Position numbers and translations under genes: made by a program. Positions 38,051 through 48,301 of a DNA stretch of 64,000 bases are shown here, piece by piece (position 1 is the first letter of the stretch; each line of letters opens with the position of its first letter). Origin of the DNA: a virus (Duplodnaviria > Caudoviricetes); IMG/VR virus record IMGVR_UViG_3300014208_000024, positions 192,001 through 256,000 of that record. One strand, 5' to 3'. The notes beneath the pieces are model-generated. The model searched no databases, was not told the DNA's origin, and saw nothing but the letters and a program-made list of their open reading frames with translations.

Positions 38051-41000
38051 TAATTAAAATCTTTGTCCATTTTCCAATAGAAATTAGAACCAGTATTATC
38101 AGTAACATATTTGAAGTTTAAAATATCTGATTTTGTTGCCCCTGTCGTAAGATTAATTGTAGTTCCCGTTCCATATGCGCTCGCAATTTTACTATTTGCT
38201 GGCAAATTAATTATATGTCCACCAACACCATCTTGTTTAACTAAAATATTTCCCTCTTGTCCACTTGCAACATTTTGTATATTTAATGTTCCATTGGCTC
38301 CAGTTAATGTTATATATGTATTGTGTTTTACACTTGCATCCCAATAAACTGTAACATCATCATTTAGTGAATAAAAAGAACCTCCAAGAAAATTTAGAGC
38401 TTCTGTTACGGAGTCAGTATAAGATATTCCAAAAGAAGTTCCAGTTACTTGAATGTTTGAATCATTTCTTATATAATTTGATGAATATTTTAAAGAAATA
38501 GAACTTCCAGTTGTTGGTATATAATCATTTAAAATAGCTCCTCCATACATGTTTGTAACTCCTGAAAAATTTAAAAAGTCTTCCGTAATAACAGAATTAA
38601 AACAATTAAACGTAACTCCAGTTGAAAGATTTGCTGCATTTAAAATTACACTATTAAAAGCATTTATTTCAACATCTCCTTCTATTGTTGTTGAAGAAAG
38701 TGCTTTTATATTAGAGTTTGATAAAGAAAATAATGTATTTGTATATCCAGCAGGTTTATAAATGTTATTATCTGCGTAAACATGAATATTTGCATCTGAA
38801 TAACTTCCTCTAAAATAAAATTTTCCATTTTTAAAAACAGAATCTTCAGCACCAGAAAGTAGTTGACAATTTTTTATTGAAAGAGAATTTGTGTTATAAC
38901 AATTAATTTTTCCGTAAAAATAACAATCGGAAAAAATAAAACCAGTAGATCCAAAACCAGTTCCATTAGTTTCTCCAGAAACAGAAATTGGAGAGTAGAA
39001 TATAAGTTTCGAAAATTCTAAGGCTGCTAAATTTGTGTTGTTTGTTTCGCTAACAATAGAATAAGGACTTCCGCTGATAATAGTAGTTCCATTTCCATTT
39101 ATTGTTATAAACCTTAAAGAACTATTTTGTAATGTAATTGGTTCATAATATATACCTGAATTAATATTTATTCTATATGGATTTGCCGTGGTACTTCCAC
39201 CGTTTTCTATTATATAATTTGTTGCTCCAGAAATAGATTTAAAGGGTGAATTTACATTACCGTTTTCAACATAAGAATCCGTTCTTTGTTTATCAACATA
39301 AACTGTTTTTGTCGAATTAAAAACAGCTCCAAAAACATCTGTTGTTCCTGAATAAAGGTTGTTTACATATGTTGAATATGGTTGTGATGCAGTAACTCCG
39401 CTGGCTCCAAGAATTACACTTCCAATTGCTGATGTTGTTGTTGTATTTCCGCTACCACCAATTATATTAGAATATTGTCCATTTGTAACATTATATTGAC
39501 CAGAAGCATGACTATGTTCGCCGATAGTTGTTGTTTTATATCCTTCAGCATGACTCCAATTTCCAATTGCTGTTGTATAACCACCTTCAGCATGACTTGA
39601 TGTTCCAGATGTTTTGGTGCCTATACCTTCAGCGTGACTATATTCTCCAATTGAAGTTGTGAAATTACCTTCAGCATGACTTGATGTTCCAGAGGATCTA
39701 GTTAATATACCTTCAGCATGACTATAATCACCATCAGAGGTTGAATAAAATCCCTCAGCATGGCTTGATACTCCACTAGATATTGTACCATATCCTTCTG
39801 CATGACTATATTGTCCATAAGTTCTACAATCATTTCCTTCAGTATGACTATAATCTCCACTTGCTATTGTAACATAACCCTCAGCATGACTTGATGCCCC
39901 AGAAGATATTGTTAATTTACCCTCTGCGTGACTATAATTTCCTATTGAAGTACTATTTATCCCTTCAGCATGGCTCGAATCACCAAAAGATTTTGTTTCA
40001 TTACCTTCTGTGTGACCATAAGCTCCATTTGAAATGCTGTACAATCCTTCTGAATGACTATATAAACCATTAGCTGTCGTTAATCTACCTTCTGCGTGAC
40101 TTGCATATCCACTTGCCAAAGTAGATTCTCCTTCTGCATGACCATAAAATCCTGTAGTTATTGCACTAAGTCCTTCTGCATGACTCCATTTTTCATTCGT
40201 TGTTGTTTTATCTCCCTCTGTATGAGAAAAATCACTAACAGCAACAGTATCAAGACCCTCAGCGTGACTTTGTGCTCCAATTGATTGTGTTTGATAACCT
40301 TCAGAGTGGCTCCAATTTCCCAATGCTGTAGTTGCATTTCCCTCTGCGTGACTTGAAGTTGCACTGGCTATTGTATTTAAACCTTCAGCATGACTATTAG
40401 ATCCTATAGAAATACAACTTTTTCCCTCTGCATGACTACTGTTTCCACTGGAAGTTGTACTATCTCCTTCGGCGTGACTTTGTTTTCCAGTAGAAATAGT
40501 GCTATATCCTTCCGCATGACTACTTACTCCACTAGACAATGTTTCTCTTCCTTCAGAATGACCAGCAAATCCAACAGCTGTTGTTAAATACCCTTCTGAA
40601 TGAGATGCGTTTCCACTAGCTGTTGTTGCCACTCCTTCTGCATGAGTATTATCACCAAAAGCTATGTTTAAATTTCCTTCTGCGTGACTAAAAACACCAA
40701 CAGATGTTGTTCCACTTCCTTCTGCGTGACTTGAATATCCACTGGCCGTTGAAAAATAACCCTCTGCATGTGTGTAATATCCTATTGATGTTGTTGAAAA
40801 TCCTTCAACGTGTGAATATGTTCCATTTGCTATAGTAGCATTTCCTTCTGCATGACTTCCAACTCCACTTGTAATAGTTTGAGTTCCTTCAGCATGACTG
40901 TAAAGTTCGTTTGATGTTGTTGAAAAACCTTCGGCATGACTGCTTTTCCCATAAGCTATTGTATATTCACCTTCACTATGTCCATATTGTCCAAAAGATG

Positions 41001-41643
41001 TTGTACTATATCCTTCACTATGACTGTGTAATCCAAGAGAAGTTGTTTCTTTTCCTTCAGAATGGCTATAATCAGCATTACTTTTTGTAGCATATCCTTC
41101 AGCATGGCTTTCGTTTCCACTTGATATAGAGGTTTTCCCTTCAGCATGACTACCTATACCAATAGATGTAGTTTCTGATCCTTCAGAATGACTATAATTA
41201 CCATTTGAATTTGTTATTTCCCCCTCTGAATGGCTTGCATTCCCATTGGTAGTTGTGTTATATCCTTCAGAATGACTGTTGTCACCTAATGAACTTGACA
41301 AATTTCCTTCTGCATGGCTATTATCATTAGATGCTAAATTACAATAACCATGAGCTAAAGAATATTGTCCTGTTGAATTTAATGTATTTCCAGTACCAAC
41401 AACTGCTTTTATGGAATAAGAACCAGAACTTCCAGATATCCAATAATTATCAGAACCTCCAATAGGTTTAAATATATCATATAAATTTGTAGTTCCAGAA
41501 ATCATTGTTCCAGCACTTAATAAGACAGAGTTTGCTTCGTTAAAAGTAGCAACATTAAAAGATGCAGTTGCACTAAATGCTTGATTTATTGCAACTCTTC
41601 CTTGATCTAAGGTATTTGAACTTAATATTAATTCACCAGTCAT
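38050..41643 (-). CDS. Tail fibre/adhesin-like protein with YadA-head-like 14-aa (S/G)H(A/S/T)EG repeats
   Basis: 1197 aa: N-terminal anchor (SNTLDQGRVAINQAFSA), 44 tandem 14-mers, a beta-helix-like region, and a C-terminal domain (TLTGANGTLNIQNV.SGQEG.ILVKQDG.GGH.I.LP). Confidence 0.75.
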   Translation of the reverse strand: MTGELILSSNTLDQGRVAINQAFSATASFNVATFNEANSVLLSAGTMISGTTNLYDIFKPIGGSDNYWISGSSGSYSIKAVVGTGNTLNSTGQYSLAHGYCNLASNDNSHAEGNLSSSLGDNSHSEGYNTTTNGNASHSEGEITNSNGNYSHSEGSETTSIGIGSHAEGKTSISSGNESHAEGYATKSNADYSHSEGKETTSLGLHSHSEGYSTTSFGQYGHSEGEYTIAYGKSSHAEGFSTTSNELYSHAEGTQTITSGVGSHAEGNATIANGTYSHVEGFSTTSIGYYTHAEGYFSTASGYSSHAEGSGTTSVGVFSHAEGNLNIAFGDNTHAEGVATTASGNASHSEGYLTTAVGFAGHSEGRETLSSGVSSHAEGYSTISTGKQSHAEGDSTTSSGNSSHAEGKSCISIGSNSHAEGLNTIASATSSHAEGNATTALGNWSHSEGYQTQSIGAQSHAEGLDTVAVSDFSHTEGDKTTTNEKWSHAEGLSAITTGFYGHAEGESTLASGYASHAEGRLTTANGLYSHSEGLYSISNGAYGHTEGNETKSFGDSSHAEGINSTSIGNYSHAEGKLTISSGASSHAEGYVTIASGDYSHTEGNDCRTYGQYSHAEGYGTISSGVSSHAEGFYSTSDGDYSHAEGILTRSSGTSSHAEGNFTTSIGEYSHAEGIGTKTSGTSSHAEGGYTTAIGNWSHAEGYKTTTIGEHSHASGQYNVTNGQYSNIIGGSGNTTTTSAIGSVILGASGVTASQPYSTYVNNLYSGTTDVFGAVFNSTKTVYVDKQRTDSYVENGNVNSPFKSISGATNYIIENGGSTTANPYRININSGIYYEPITLQNSSLRFITINGNGTTIISGSPYSIVSETNNTNLAALEFSKLIFYSPISVSGETNGTGFGSTGFIFSDCYFYGKINCYNTNSLSIKNCQLLSGAEDSVFKNGKFYFRGSYSDANIHVYADNNIYKPAGYTNTLFSLSNSNIKALSSTTIEGDVEINAFNSVILNAANLSTGVTFNCFNSVITEDFLNFSGVTNMYGGAILNDYIPTTGSSISLKYSSNYIRNDSNIQVTGTSFGISYTDSVTEALNFLGGSFYSLNDDVTVYWDASVKHNTYITLTGANGTLNIQNVASGQEGNILVKQDGVGGHIINLPANSKIASAYGTGTTINLTTGATKSDILNFKYVTDNTGSNFYWKMDKDFN
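39499..41346 (-). repeat. 44 x 42-bp (14-aa) coding tandem repeat
   Basis: Counted 43 HxEG units plus a final HASG. The span is exactly 44 x 42 = 1848 bp with no indel (first unit YCNLASNDNSHAEG, last YKTTTIGEHSHASG). Confidence 0.9.
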
Positions 41644-41656
41644 TTTTTTTATTTTT

Positions 41657-41664
41657 TATAAATA
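41657..41664 (-). promoter_or_regulatory. Putative late-promoter box TATTTATA (minus strand)
   Basis: 13 nt upstream of the fibre ATG at 41643. Confidence 0.5.
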
Positions 41665-41678
41665 GTTAAACAAAATTA

Positions 41679-43382
41679 TTATTCACTAAAAAGAACATTT
41701 CTCATGGTATCAAAAGTATCCCATCTATTTCCCCAAATTAAACGTAATTTTATTACTCCAAGGGTTGTATTTCCTGAAATATTTACACTTATAGAATCTT
41801 CTATGTATCCTCTATAAAATGTATTTAAATAATATATTCCAGGCTCTAAACCAGTAAAGTAATAATTTCCAACAGAATCAGTTAATTGAGTTTCATAATT
41901 TCCATTGGGATATATAAGTTGCATTGTCGCTCCAGTAACCACGCTTCCAGAGACGGACCCACTCAAAGTATATTCTATCAAAGCGCTATCATCGAGATAT
42001 TCTGGATAAACCAATTGAGAAATCTCGTCTACGTGAGGACTATCAGATTCAACATAAACATAATTTCTAAGAGACGCTGTTGTTGTTGCTGAAGCAACAT
42101 CTGAAAAAGTAACAACTTTTTGTTTAACACCAAATATGTTTATTAATTCTTTAACATTTCCAATTCTATACCAAAAATTCTTTCCATATAATAATGGAAC
42201 AGAATATTTTCTCACAACATCTGTTGTTTTTTGTGTTATTGACCAATCTCCATCTGGAGTACCCAACATTTCATTTGTGCTTAAATTTGAACTTTCTTTA
42301 TCTATTGGATAAGAATAAACTGTCCCACTAAAAGACTGACTGTCTCCTGATTCATAAACAACTTGAAGTAAAAAACTATCTCCATCATCTGTGTGGGACC
42401 AAAAAAATGTTGGAGAAAAAGTTGTCAATTGTCCTGTTACATATGGAGTTTCCCATTTTGGTTTATTTGGAATTAAAAAATATGTAAAATAATTTCCATA
42501 AACAGTAATTCCAGAAAATGTTCCTCCAGTTATTATGTGATTAGTAGTTGGAGTTGTTTCTGTGTATTCTTTTTCATATTCTACAGGAACAAGATTATCG
42601 TTGGCATCTAATTTATAAAAATCAGAAAGATCATCGTCCATTGTTCTGTTAAAAACGAATTGAGTAGTTACAAAATATTGTCCATAATCCAAAAATAATT
42701 GATATTTAAAATCTCCCTTTTTTTTCTGATATTCATCCGCTGATAAATTATATACACTAGTTGAAATTCCAGTGGTTGTTGCAGTTAATGTTAAAATAGG
42801 ATTAGTTAAAAGTTTTTTTATACTTGCGTATTTATCAGTTGTTTCAAACCCATATCCGTCAATTTTTTCTGGAAAAATTTTTGGAGCGAATTTTTCGATT
42901 GTGTTGGATGAGGTAGTTTTTCTCTTGGTGGTTGTGGTGGTTGATTTTCCACTTGAATCAGTAAAAGTCTCTTCAACAGTTTGTTCGGAAACATCTTTAT
43001 TTCCCTCTATGTTTTTTCTTATTGTTTCAGATGTGTATTGTGAAAAAACATCATATGGAATTCTATAAATGTTATGTTTAATCGTTGTTCCAGTTCCAAA
43101 ACTATGTGTGTTTGCTGTGAATATAAATTTAATAAACGGTCTGTATACATTTGTAAAAATAGACCAATAATCTTGTCCATAATAATTTATTGTTCCACCT
43201 AATGTATAATACATAGGAGTTTCAAAAGCGAAATAATCACTGTTATATAAATCCGAATCAACAAAATGATTTACATAAAATGATTCTACTGGACTATCTG
43301 CATAACATGCAGGTTTTCCAGAATGTTTTTGATAATCCTGTTTTACAAAAATTCTATTATTTGAATCATATATTATTGACAT
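41679..43382 (-). CDS. Putative structural protein with C-terminal carboxypeptidase-regulatory/SdrD-B-like domain
   Basis: C-terminal YTLSGSV...TGATMQL....TQLTDSVGNYYFTGLEPGIYYL...RGY; Thr-rich low-complexity insert. Confidence 0.5.
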   Translation of the reverse strand: MSIIYDSNNRIFVKQDYQKHSGKPACYADSPVESFYVNHFVDSDLYNSDYFAFETPMYYTLGGTINYYGQDYWSIFTNVYRPFIKFIFTANTHSFGTGTTIKHNIYRIPYDVFSQYTSETIRKNIEGNKDVSEQTVEETFTDSSGKSTTTTTKRKTTSSNTIEKFAPKIFPEKIDGYGFETTDKYASIKKLLTNPILTLTATTTGISTSVYNLSADEYQKKKGDFKYQLFLDYGQYFVTTQFVFNRTMDDDLSDFYKLDANDNLVPVEYEKEYTETTPTTNHIITGGTFSGITVYGNYFTYFLIPNKPKWETPYVTGQLTTFSPTFFWSHTDDGDSFLLQVVYESGDSQSFSGTVYSYPIDKESSNLSTNEMLGTPDGDWSITQKTTDVVRKYSVPLLYGKNFWYRIGNVKELINIFGVKQKVVTFSDVASATTTASLRNYVYVESDSPHVDEISQLVYPEYLDDSALIEYTLSGSVSGSVVTGATMQLIYPNGNYETQLTDSVGNYYFTGLEPGIYYLNTFYRGYIEDSISVNISGNTTLGVIKLRLIWGNRWDTFDTMRNVLFSE

Positions 43383-43392
43383 TTTTTAAAAA

Positions 43393-45936
43393 TTAAAAAG
43401 TAAATATTTCCTGAGTTATTAAATTTTGAGATGTTTCACTTACGTCACCAATTGGTACACTTACAGCAACAATAGATGAAGAAATTACAGAATTATTTCC
43501 ACCTGCATTTACAATAAGATTTATGTTAAAAGATTTTATATTTGCGCTCCTTGTACTTATATGTGTATAATGTGGAATTCCAACATTTATTAAATTAGAT
43601 GTTAAAATTTCATTTTTCTTTGACGAAACAGAATGTAGTTTAGTTCTTGCTGATGGATGAATGTTTCCTATGGGAATATTTCTTAAGTTCCCAGAACTAC
43701 TCATTAAACTTCTTGATGTCATGTCAATTTGTCCAACAAAAACAAATATTTTACCTGTATTTAAAAATGAGTATCTTATAGGCTCTGGAACTACTTCTGG
43801 AGGAAACTCTTTTCTAAACATAGAACCTAAATCAACCCCTTCTCTATAAACAAATCTCTGTCTATGAAAAACAGGGTTTTTATATAACGTAGGAACAGTA
43901 TCATCAAAAATTGTAGTTGCAGGAACTAATTGAAGTATATAATCTCCCAACTGAACTTCTAATAATTGAAGATATGCTTCGAGTCTACACATTGTTAAAC
44001 TATTGCTATCTGGACATGTTGAATAATAATATGCCAAATATATGTTTTTTAATTCTGGATATGACCAAGTTGTATGACTTTGTGTGTTTGTTTTCCTATT
44101 TGTTGGGTTAATAGAATTTGTATAAACATAATCTATATATTCTGTCAAAGTCATGGAACTTATGCTTGTTGGATAAACATCATCCTGACTAAAAGTTAAA
44201 TATTCATATGGAATTGTTGTACAACTAAGTAAAGGACACGGGTTTCCCCAAACCCAAGTAGAACAAACGTTTTGGTAATACTCCCAAACATCATCTTCTA
44301 TTGCTTGTGATGGCGTAAATGAAAGTTGAACTTCTTTTGTATTAACAATATTTCTTGTTCCACCAGTAGAATCACCTATTTCTACTTTTTCGTTATCAAC
44401 TCTTGAAATTGGATTAAATTCTGGTTTCCATTGATTTATATATGCGTCCCCATTTCCTCTACCTTCTCCTCTATGTTGAAATGGGTATAAACTAGAGCTG
44501 AATTCAATATATCCATCATCAGCTACCTTATTGGTTACAAATGGGGTTGTTTTGGTAATATCATAAACAAATTCATTAAAGTTTATTAAGCAATCTGGGG
44601 CACCCAATAATTTAAATATAAACATTATTGCGTCTCTAGTTCCCTTTTTCTTATATAACCAAACAATATTTATTAAAATTCTTCTCCAAATTTCAACATT
44701 AAAATAAGAAAAAGAATTAGACTGTTGATCTAAATCCGTTGTTAAATAATCAAACATGTCTAATTCACTAAATCCGTCAGAAAGTTTCCAACCAAGAAGA
44801 TTACTTAATTTAATTAAAAATTTTCTAGGAACAGTTTCTTCATTATTATATTCAACACTATGAGCATATGCAATAGCATCTATATAGTTTTTTAATTTAT
44901 CAAATTCATAAGCATATGTTTGAACGATTGTTCTGTAAATTTGTCCATCAGAATCTAATTCTAAAAAATTTTCTGGAATTACTGTTTTTATAAAGATATC
45001 TGTTTTTTCTTCGTCAACTTTTTCTGCTGCCGTTAATATTTTTTCTTTATAATCTTCAAAACCAGAACCATATGAATCTGGCGCCCAACCATCTATTGTT
45101 CTTGGCCATATAAAGGTTTGTTCAAATGAATCATCTTGAGGAGTGTCAGTTGCTGGTATTAAAAATATTCCATCATTTAACATTTGAGTTTCCAAAGCGG
45201 TTATTGAATCGTTATAATTAAACATCCTTTCTTTAGTTGGTCTAATAAAAAGACTATCAACATATGTTGTGATGGAATTATTTTTTAAAAACTCATTAAC
45301 TTCAAAATACAAATATGTTCCAGAAAAAGAATAACTTTTTATTGAAAAAACATCTGTTTGTCCACTAATTTGAATACAAAAGTCTGCATAATCGTAAGGT
45401 AAGCTGTAAACATTTTCAGTGTTTGCCGAAACCAAAGCAATATTTCCTTGATTAGTTAAACCAGATATTGGAATTTTAAAAGAAGATGTTCTTTCTAAAG
45501 TTATTGCATTAAAACTTTCAGTATAATCAAAAATATTTATATTACCACTGTTATAGGAAAAAATAGCATATGGATAATTTGAAATTATATTATTAATTGA
45601 TGAAGCTACACTTGTATAAAAAGAGGAAAAATAAGAGTGGCTTTTTGGATTTTTTTTAGGTAAATTTAATTCATTTTGTTGAACAAATGGAATAGAAATA
45701 TTATTGCTGCTAGAAAAATTTGTAGCGTTTAAAGTTTCTAAATTATCAAAACCACCAAATTGAAGATTTTTTGTATCAGCTGTTAAATAATCTAATGAAT
45801 AATCTCTTTCTATTGTAAAATCTCCAAATGTAAATATTGCCTCAGATTTTGAAGCCAACAATCTTTTATTTTGTCCTGGTCTATAATTTACAGATAATGT
45901 AGTAGCAGAATTTGGTATTGTGTCAAAAATAGGCAT
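43393..45936 (-). CDS. Baseplate wedge protein, P2 gpI/T4 gp7-like core
   Basis: VPRKFLIKLSNLLGW...EIWRRILINIVWLYKKKGTRDAIMFIFKLLG matches the gpI/gp7 'lA..lGw...rr.i....lyk.KGT..ai...l..lG' pattern. Confidence 0.6.
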   Translation of the reverse strand: MPIFDTIPNSATTLSVNYRPGQNKRLLASKSEAIFTFGDFTIERDYSLDYLTADTKNLQFGGFDNLETLNATNFSSSNNISIPFVQQNELNLPKKNPKSHSYFSSFYTSVASSINNIISNYPYAIFSYNSGNINIFDYTESFNAITLERTSSFKIPISGLTNQGNIALVSANTENVYSLPYDYADFCIQISGQTDVFSIKSYSFSGTYLYFEVNEFLKNNSITTYVDSLFIRPTKERMFNYNDSITALETQMLNDGIFLIPATDTPQDDSFEQTFIWPRTIDGWAPDSYGSGFEDYKEKILTAAEKVDEEKTDIFIKTVIPENFLELDSDGQIYRTIVQTYAYEFDKLKNYIDAIAYAHSVEYNNEETVPRKFLIKLSNLLGWKLSDGFSELDMFDYLTTDLDQQSNSFSYFNVEIWRRILINIVWLYKKKGTRDAIMFIFKLLGAPDCLINFNEFVYDITKTTPFVTNKVADDGYIEFSSSLYPFQHRGEGRGNGDAYINQWKPEFNPISRVDNEKVEIGDSTGGTRNIVNTKEVQLSFTPSQAIEDDVWEYYQNVCSTWVWGNPCPLLSCTTIPYEYLTFSQDDVYPTSISSMTLTEYIDYVYTNSINPTNRKTNTQSHTTWSYPELKNIYLAYYYSTCPDSNSLTMCRLEAYLQLLEVQLGDYILQLVPATTIFDDTVPTLYKNPVFHRQRFVYREGVDLGSMFRKEFPPEVVPEPIRYSFLNTGKIFVFVGQIDMTSRSLMSSSGNLRNIPIGNIHPSARTKLHSVSSKKNEILTSNLINVGIPHYTHISTRSANIKSFNINLIVNAGGNNSVISSSIVAVSVPIGDVSETSQNLITQEIFTF

Positions 45937-45953
45937 TTAGTTTTTTATTTTTT

Positions 45954-45961
45954 TATAAATA
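45954..45961 (-). promoter_or_regulatory. Putative late-promoter box TATTTATA (minus strand)
   Basis: 17 nt upstream of ATG 45936; divergent with the 46046 box. Confidence 0.5.
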
Positions 45962-46045
45962 TTAACAAAAAAGATTTAAAAATAAATCAAAAAGATTTTT
46001 TTAAATGCCCTATTTAAAGATTTATTTATAAAAAAAAATTTTTTA

Positions 46046-46053
46046 TATTTATA
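46046..46053 (+). promoter_or_regulatory. Putative late-promoter box TATTTATA
   Basis: 12 nt upstream of ATG 46066; a second copy lies at 46023-46030. Confidence 0.5.
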
Positions 46054-46065
46054 AAAAAAAAGAAA

Positions 46066-48267
46066 ATGAGTTACATAATCCAAGAGCCTTCAAATTTTAT
46101 AAACATCAAACTTACAGATACTGGAAGAAGATTGTTATCGTTGGGTACATTAACTTTTAATAAAATAATCCTTTCTGATAGAGAAGTTAATTATTTAATG
46201 GACAGAGTTAATTATGATATTTGTCAAAACAGAATTTTAGCACCAAAAGATGATCATCCAAAGTTTTCGTATACAACCACACCAACTTCAATAGGTGGAT
46301 CAGGTGCTGTTTCGCTTCCAGACATGGGAATTGCCGCAGGCAATCAGGGATTTACTACTTCTGTTAACAATTCAATGTCAAGAAGTACCTTAGCCGCTTC
46401 AGTTCCTGGAGTTTATGCTGGAACTATTGGTAGTTTTAATGGAGCCGCTGCTGTTACAATAAATGCACAAAATTTAACTAGTGCAAGACAAATTGTTTCA
46501 GCCATGACAAGTGCTGCTGGATTTTTTTCTGGAAGCTCTGGAAATTGGTCAATAAAAACCACTGCTGGAGTCGGAGAAGGTCAAACTCTTGGTGTTTCGC
46601 AAATAGATTATTCGCAATTTATCCCAAGTGGAGGTACAGAAATTTATGTTCTACCTGGCGGATATTCTGCATCAACTGGAGATTTGGTTTTTATTCCATG
46701 GGAACCACCTCAATATAGTGCAATAACAAATAATACATCTTTTATATATAGTGGCAGACCAAATGTGTCTTTGTGGTATAGAGTTCAAAGTAGAAGTGGA
46801 TTGAAATTAAATCTTGATAGAAGTGTTCCAAATTTTGGAAGTGTTCCAAATGCAAGTTCTAATCAAAAAATTCAAACTTACTTTTATCCATATGAAGCTA
46901 TATCAACTTATTATGGTACTGCTACCACGGTTAATTGTGGTGTATGGAACATGAATATAGTTAGAACATCATCTATCGAAGGAACCTCTTCTGCAATGAG
47001 CGGTTTTACAACATATGGTTCCATAGAATACAATGGAACTAAACAATATTTAGGATTTGATAATGAAACAAAGGCTTTGGGGGTAATTCATTATACAAAC
47101 AAGTTCTCTGGTAACACCTATGCTGAACAGTTTGTTCCTGGTACTGTTAAATTAGAAATACCACATGTAATGTGGCATAAATATTATGGAATTCAAAGCT
47201 CAACTATAGGAAGAGAAATGAGCTGCGGAATAACACTATATGATTATTATGGACTAAATACGTTTGATCCAATATCAAATACTCACTATAGAGAACTAAG
47301 AGATGGAATGACAAGTACATCAAATGTTGTTGGAAGAGTTTATTATAAACTTAAAATAATAGTAATAACAGATCAAGAACTTCTGACAGTGTTAACTTAT
47401 AAATCTAACAGAAACTACACACTACCAGAACCAACAGTTACCACAGTTGCTTCAACATTGGGAATATCTACTGGATTATGTAAGTCTGATTATTCTTACT
47501 ATGTAACATATACAGTATCAAGTAATTCTTTCCAAAACGGATCAAGCTATGGATATCCACAAAGTTTACCATGTTCATACGTTAAAAAGGTATATGGTGA
47601 AACAGATTCTCAAACAGGATTGCCGTCTATTTTAAGAGTTGGTTTCCCAACACTTTCATTCCCATATATGAGAACAAGTTCTGATTTATCTACTTTAAGT
47701 GGAACTGGTTGGAACGCAAATTCAGTTCAAATTTTTGTTCAAGAAATCGTTACTTCTGCAAGTACGTTAGTTGGAGATTTGCCAACAGATGATTGGAAGT
47801 TAATTTCAAGTGGAATTGGAAATGGAATATATACTGGAGAAACAGGAACATCAACAATTAGTCCATCTGATTTACAAAGTCATATTTTTAACATTACTCA
47901 AGCAGACTATGATTCTGGAACTACATATTCTTTAACTGGGAACTATTCAGCATTTACATCTAATATAGATTCAATAAATAACAGTGGATTAACTTTTGGA
48001 GACGAATCTTTCTTTTATGGAAATTTAACAACAGGAATTTTAGCAAGTGTATACAAAACGGTAATTTCAATATATGCAAAAAATGATCAATATAACTCTT
48101 CAATGTTCAATGACACATTTGATAGCACATATAATGAAGATACTTTTATTACAGAAATAGGAATTTTAAATAAAAACAACGAACTTGTTGCGGTTGCAAA
48201 ACCAGCTTATCCAATAAAGAAAAATGAATCAAGATATTTAGCATTTCAATTAGAATTAGATTTTTAA
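46066..48267 (+). CDS. Tail/baseplate structural protein with tail-fibre-attachment-like (DUF3751-like) termini
   Basis: N-terminal KLTDTGRRLL...F..I.LSDREVNY; C-terminal FITEIGILNKNNELVAVAKPAYPIKK; Ser/Thr/Gly-rich interior. Confidence 0.55.
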   Translation: MSYIIQEPSNFINIKLTDTGRRLLSLGTLTFNKIILSDREVNYLMDRVNYDICQNRILAPKDDHPKFSYTTTPTSIGGSGAVSLPDMGIAAGNQGFTTSVNNSMSRSTLAASVPGVYAGTIGSFNGAAAVTINAQNLTSARQIVSAMTSAAGFFSGSSGNWSIKTTAGVGEGQTLGVSQIDYSQFIPSGGTEIYVLPGGYSASTGDLVFIPWEPPQYSAITNNTSFIYSGRPNVSLWYRVQSRSGLKLNLDRSVPNFGSVPNASSNQKIQTYFYPYEAISTYYGTATTVNCGVWNMNIVRTSSIEGTSSAMSGFTTYGSIEYNGTKQYLGFDNETKALGVIHYTNKFSGNTYAEQFVPGTVKLEIPHVMWHKYYGIQSSTIGREMSCGITLYDYYGLNTFDPISNTHYRELRDGMTSTSNVVGRVYYKLKIIVITDQELLTVLTYKSNRNYTLPEPTVTTVASTLGISTGLCKSDYSYYVTYTVSSNSFQNGSSYGYPQSLPCSYVKKVYGETDSQTGLPSILRVGFPTLSFPYMRTSSDLSTLSGTGWNANSVQIFVQEIVTSASTLVGDLPTDDWKLISSGIGNGIYTGETGTSTISPSDLQSHIFNITQADYDSGTTYSLTGNYSAFTSNIDSINNSGLTFGDESFFYGNLTTGILASVYKTVISIYAKNDQYNSSMFNDTFDSTYNEDTFITEIGILNKNNELVAVAKPAYPIKKNESRYLAFQLELDF

Positions 48268-48282
48268 AAAAATTTTTTAATA

Positions 48283-48290
48283 TATTTATA
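48283..48290 (+). promoter_or_regulatory. Putative late-promoter box TATTTATA
   Basis: 11 nt upstream of ATG 48302. Confidence 0.5.
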
Positions 48291-48301
48291 AAAAAAAAAT
48301 T

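Noticed and set aside
39891-41147. Several short ORFs overlapping the SHAEG array
   Set aside because: These are by-products of the 42-bp periodic coding repeat.
39499-41346. Regularly spaced repeats as a possible CRISPR array or DGR template/variable pair
   Set aside because: The repeats are in-frame codon-degenerate protein repeats without constant repeat/unique spacer structure. No reverse transcriptase and no adenine-specific mismatch pair was seen.
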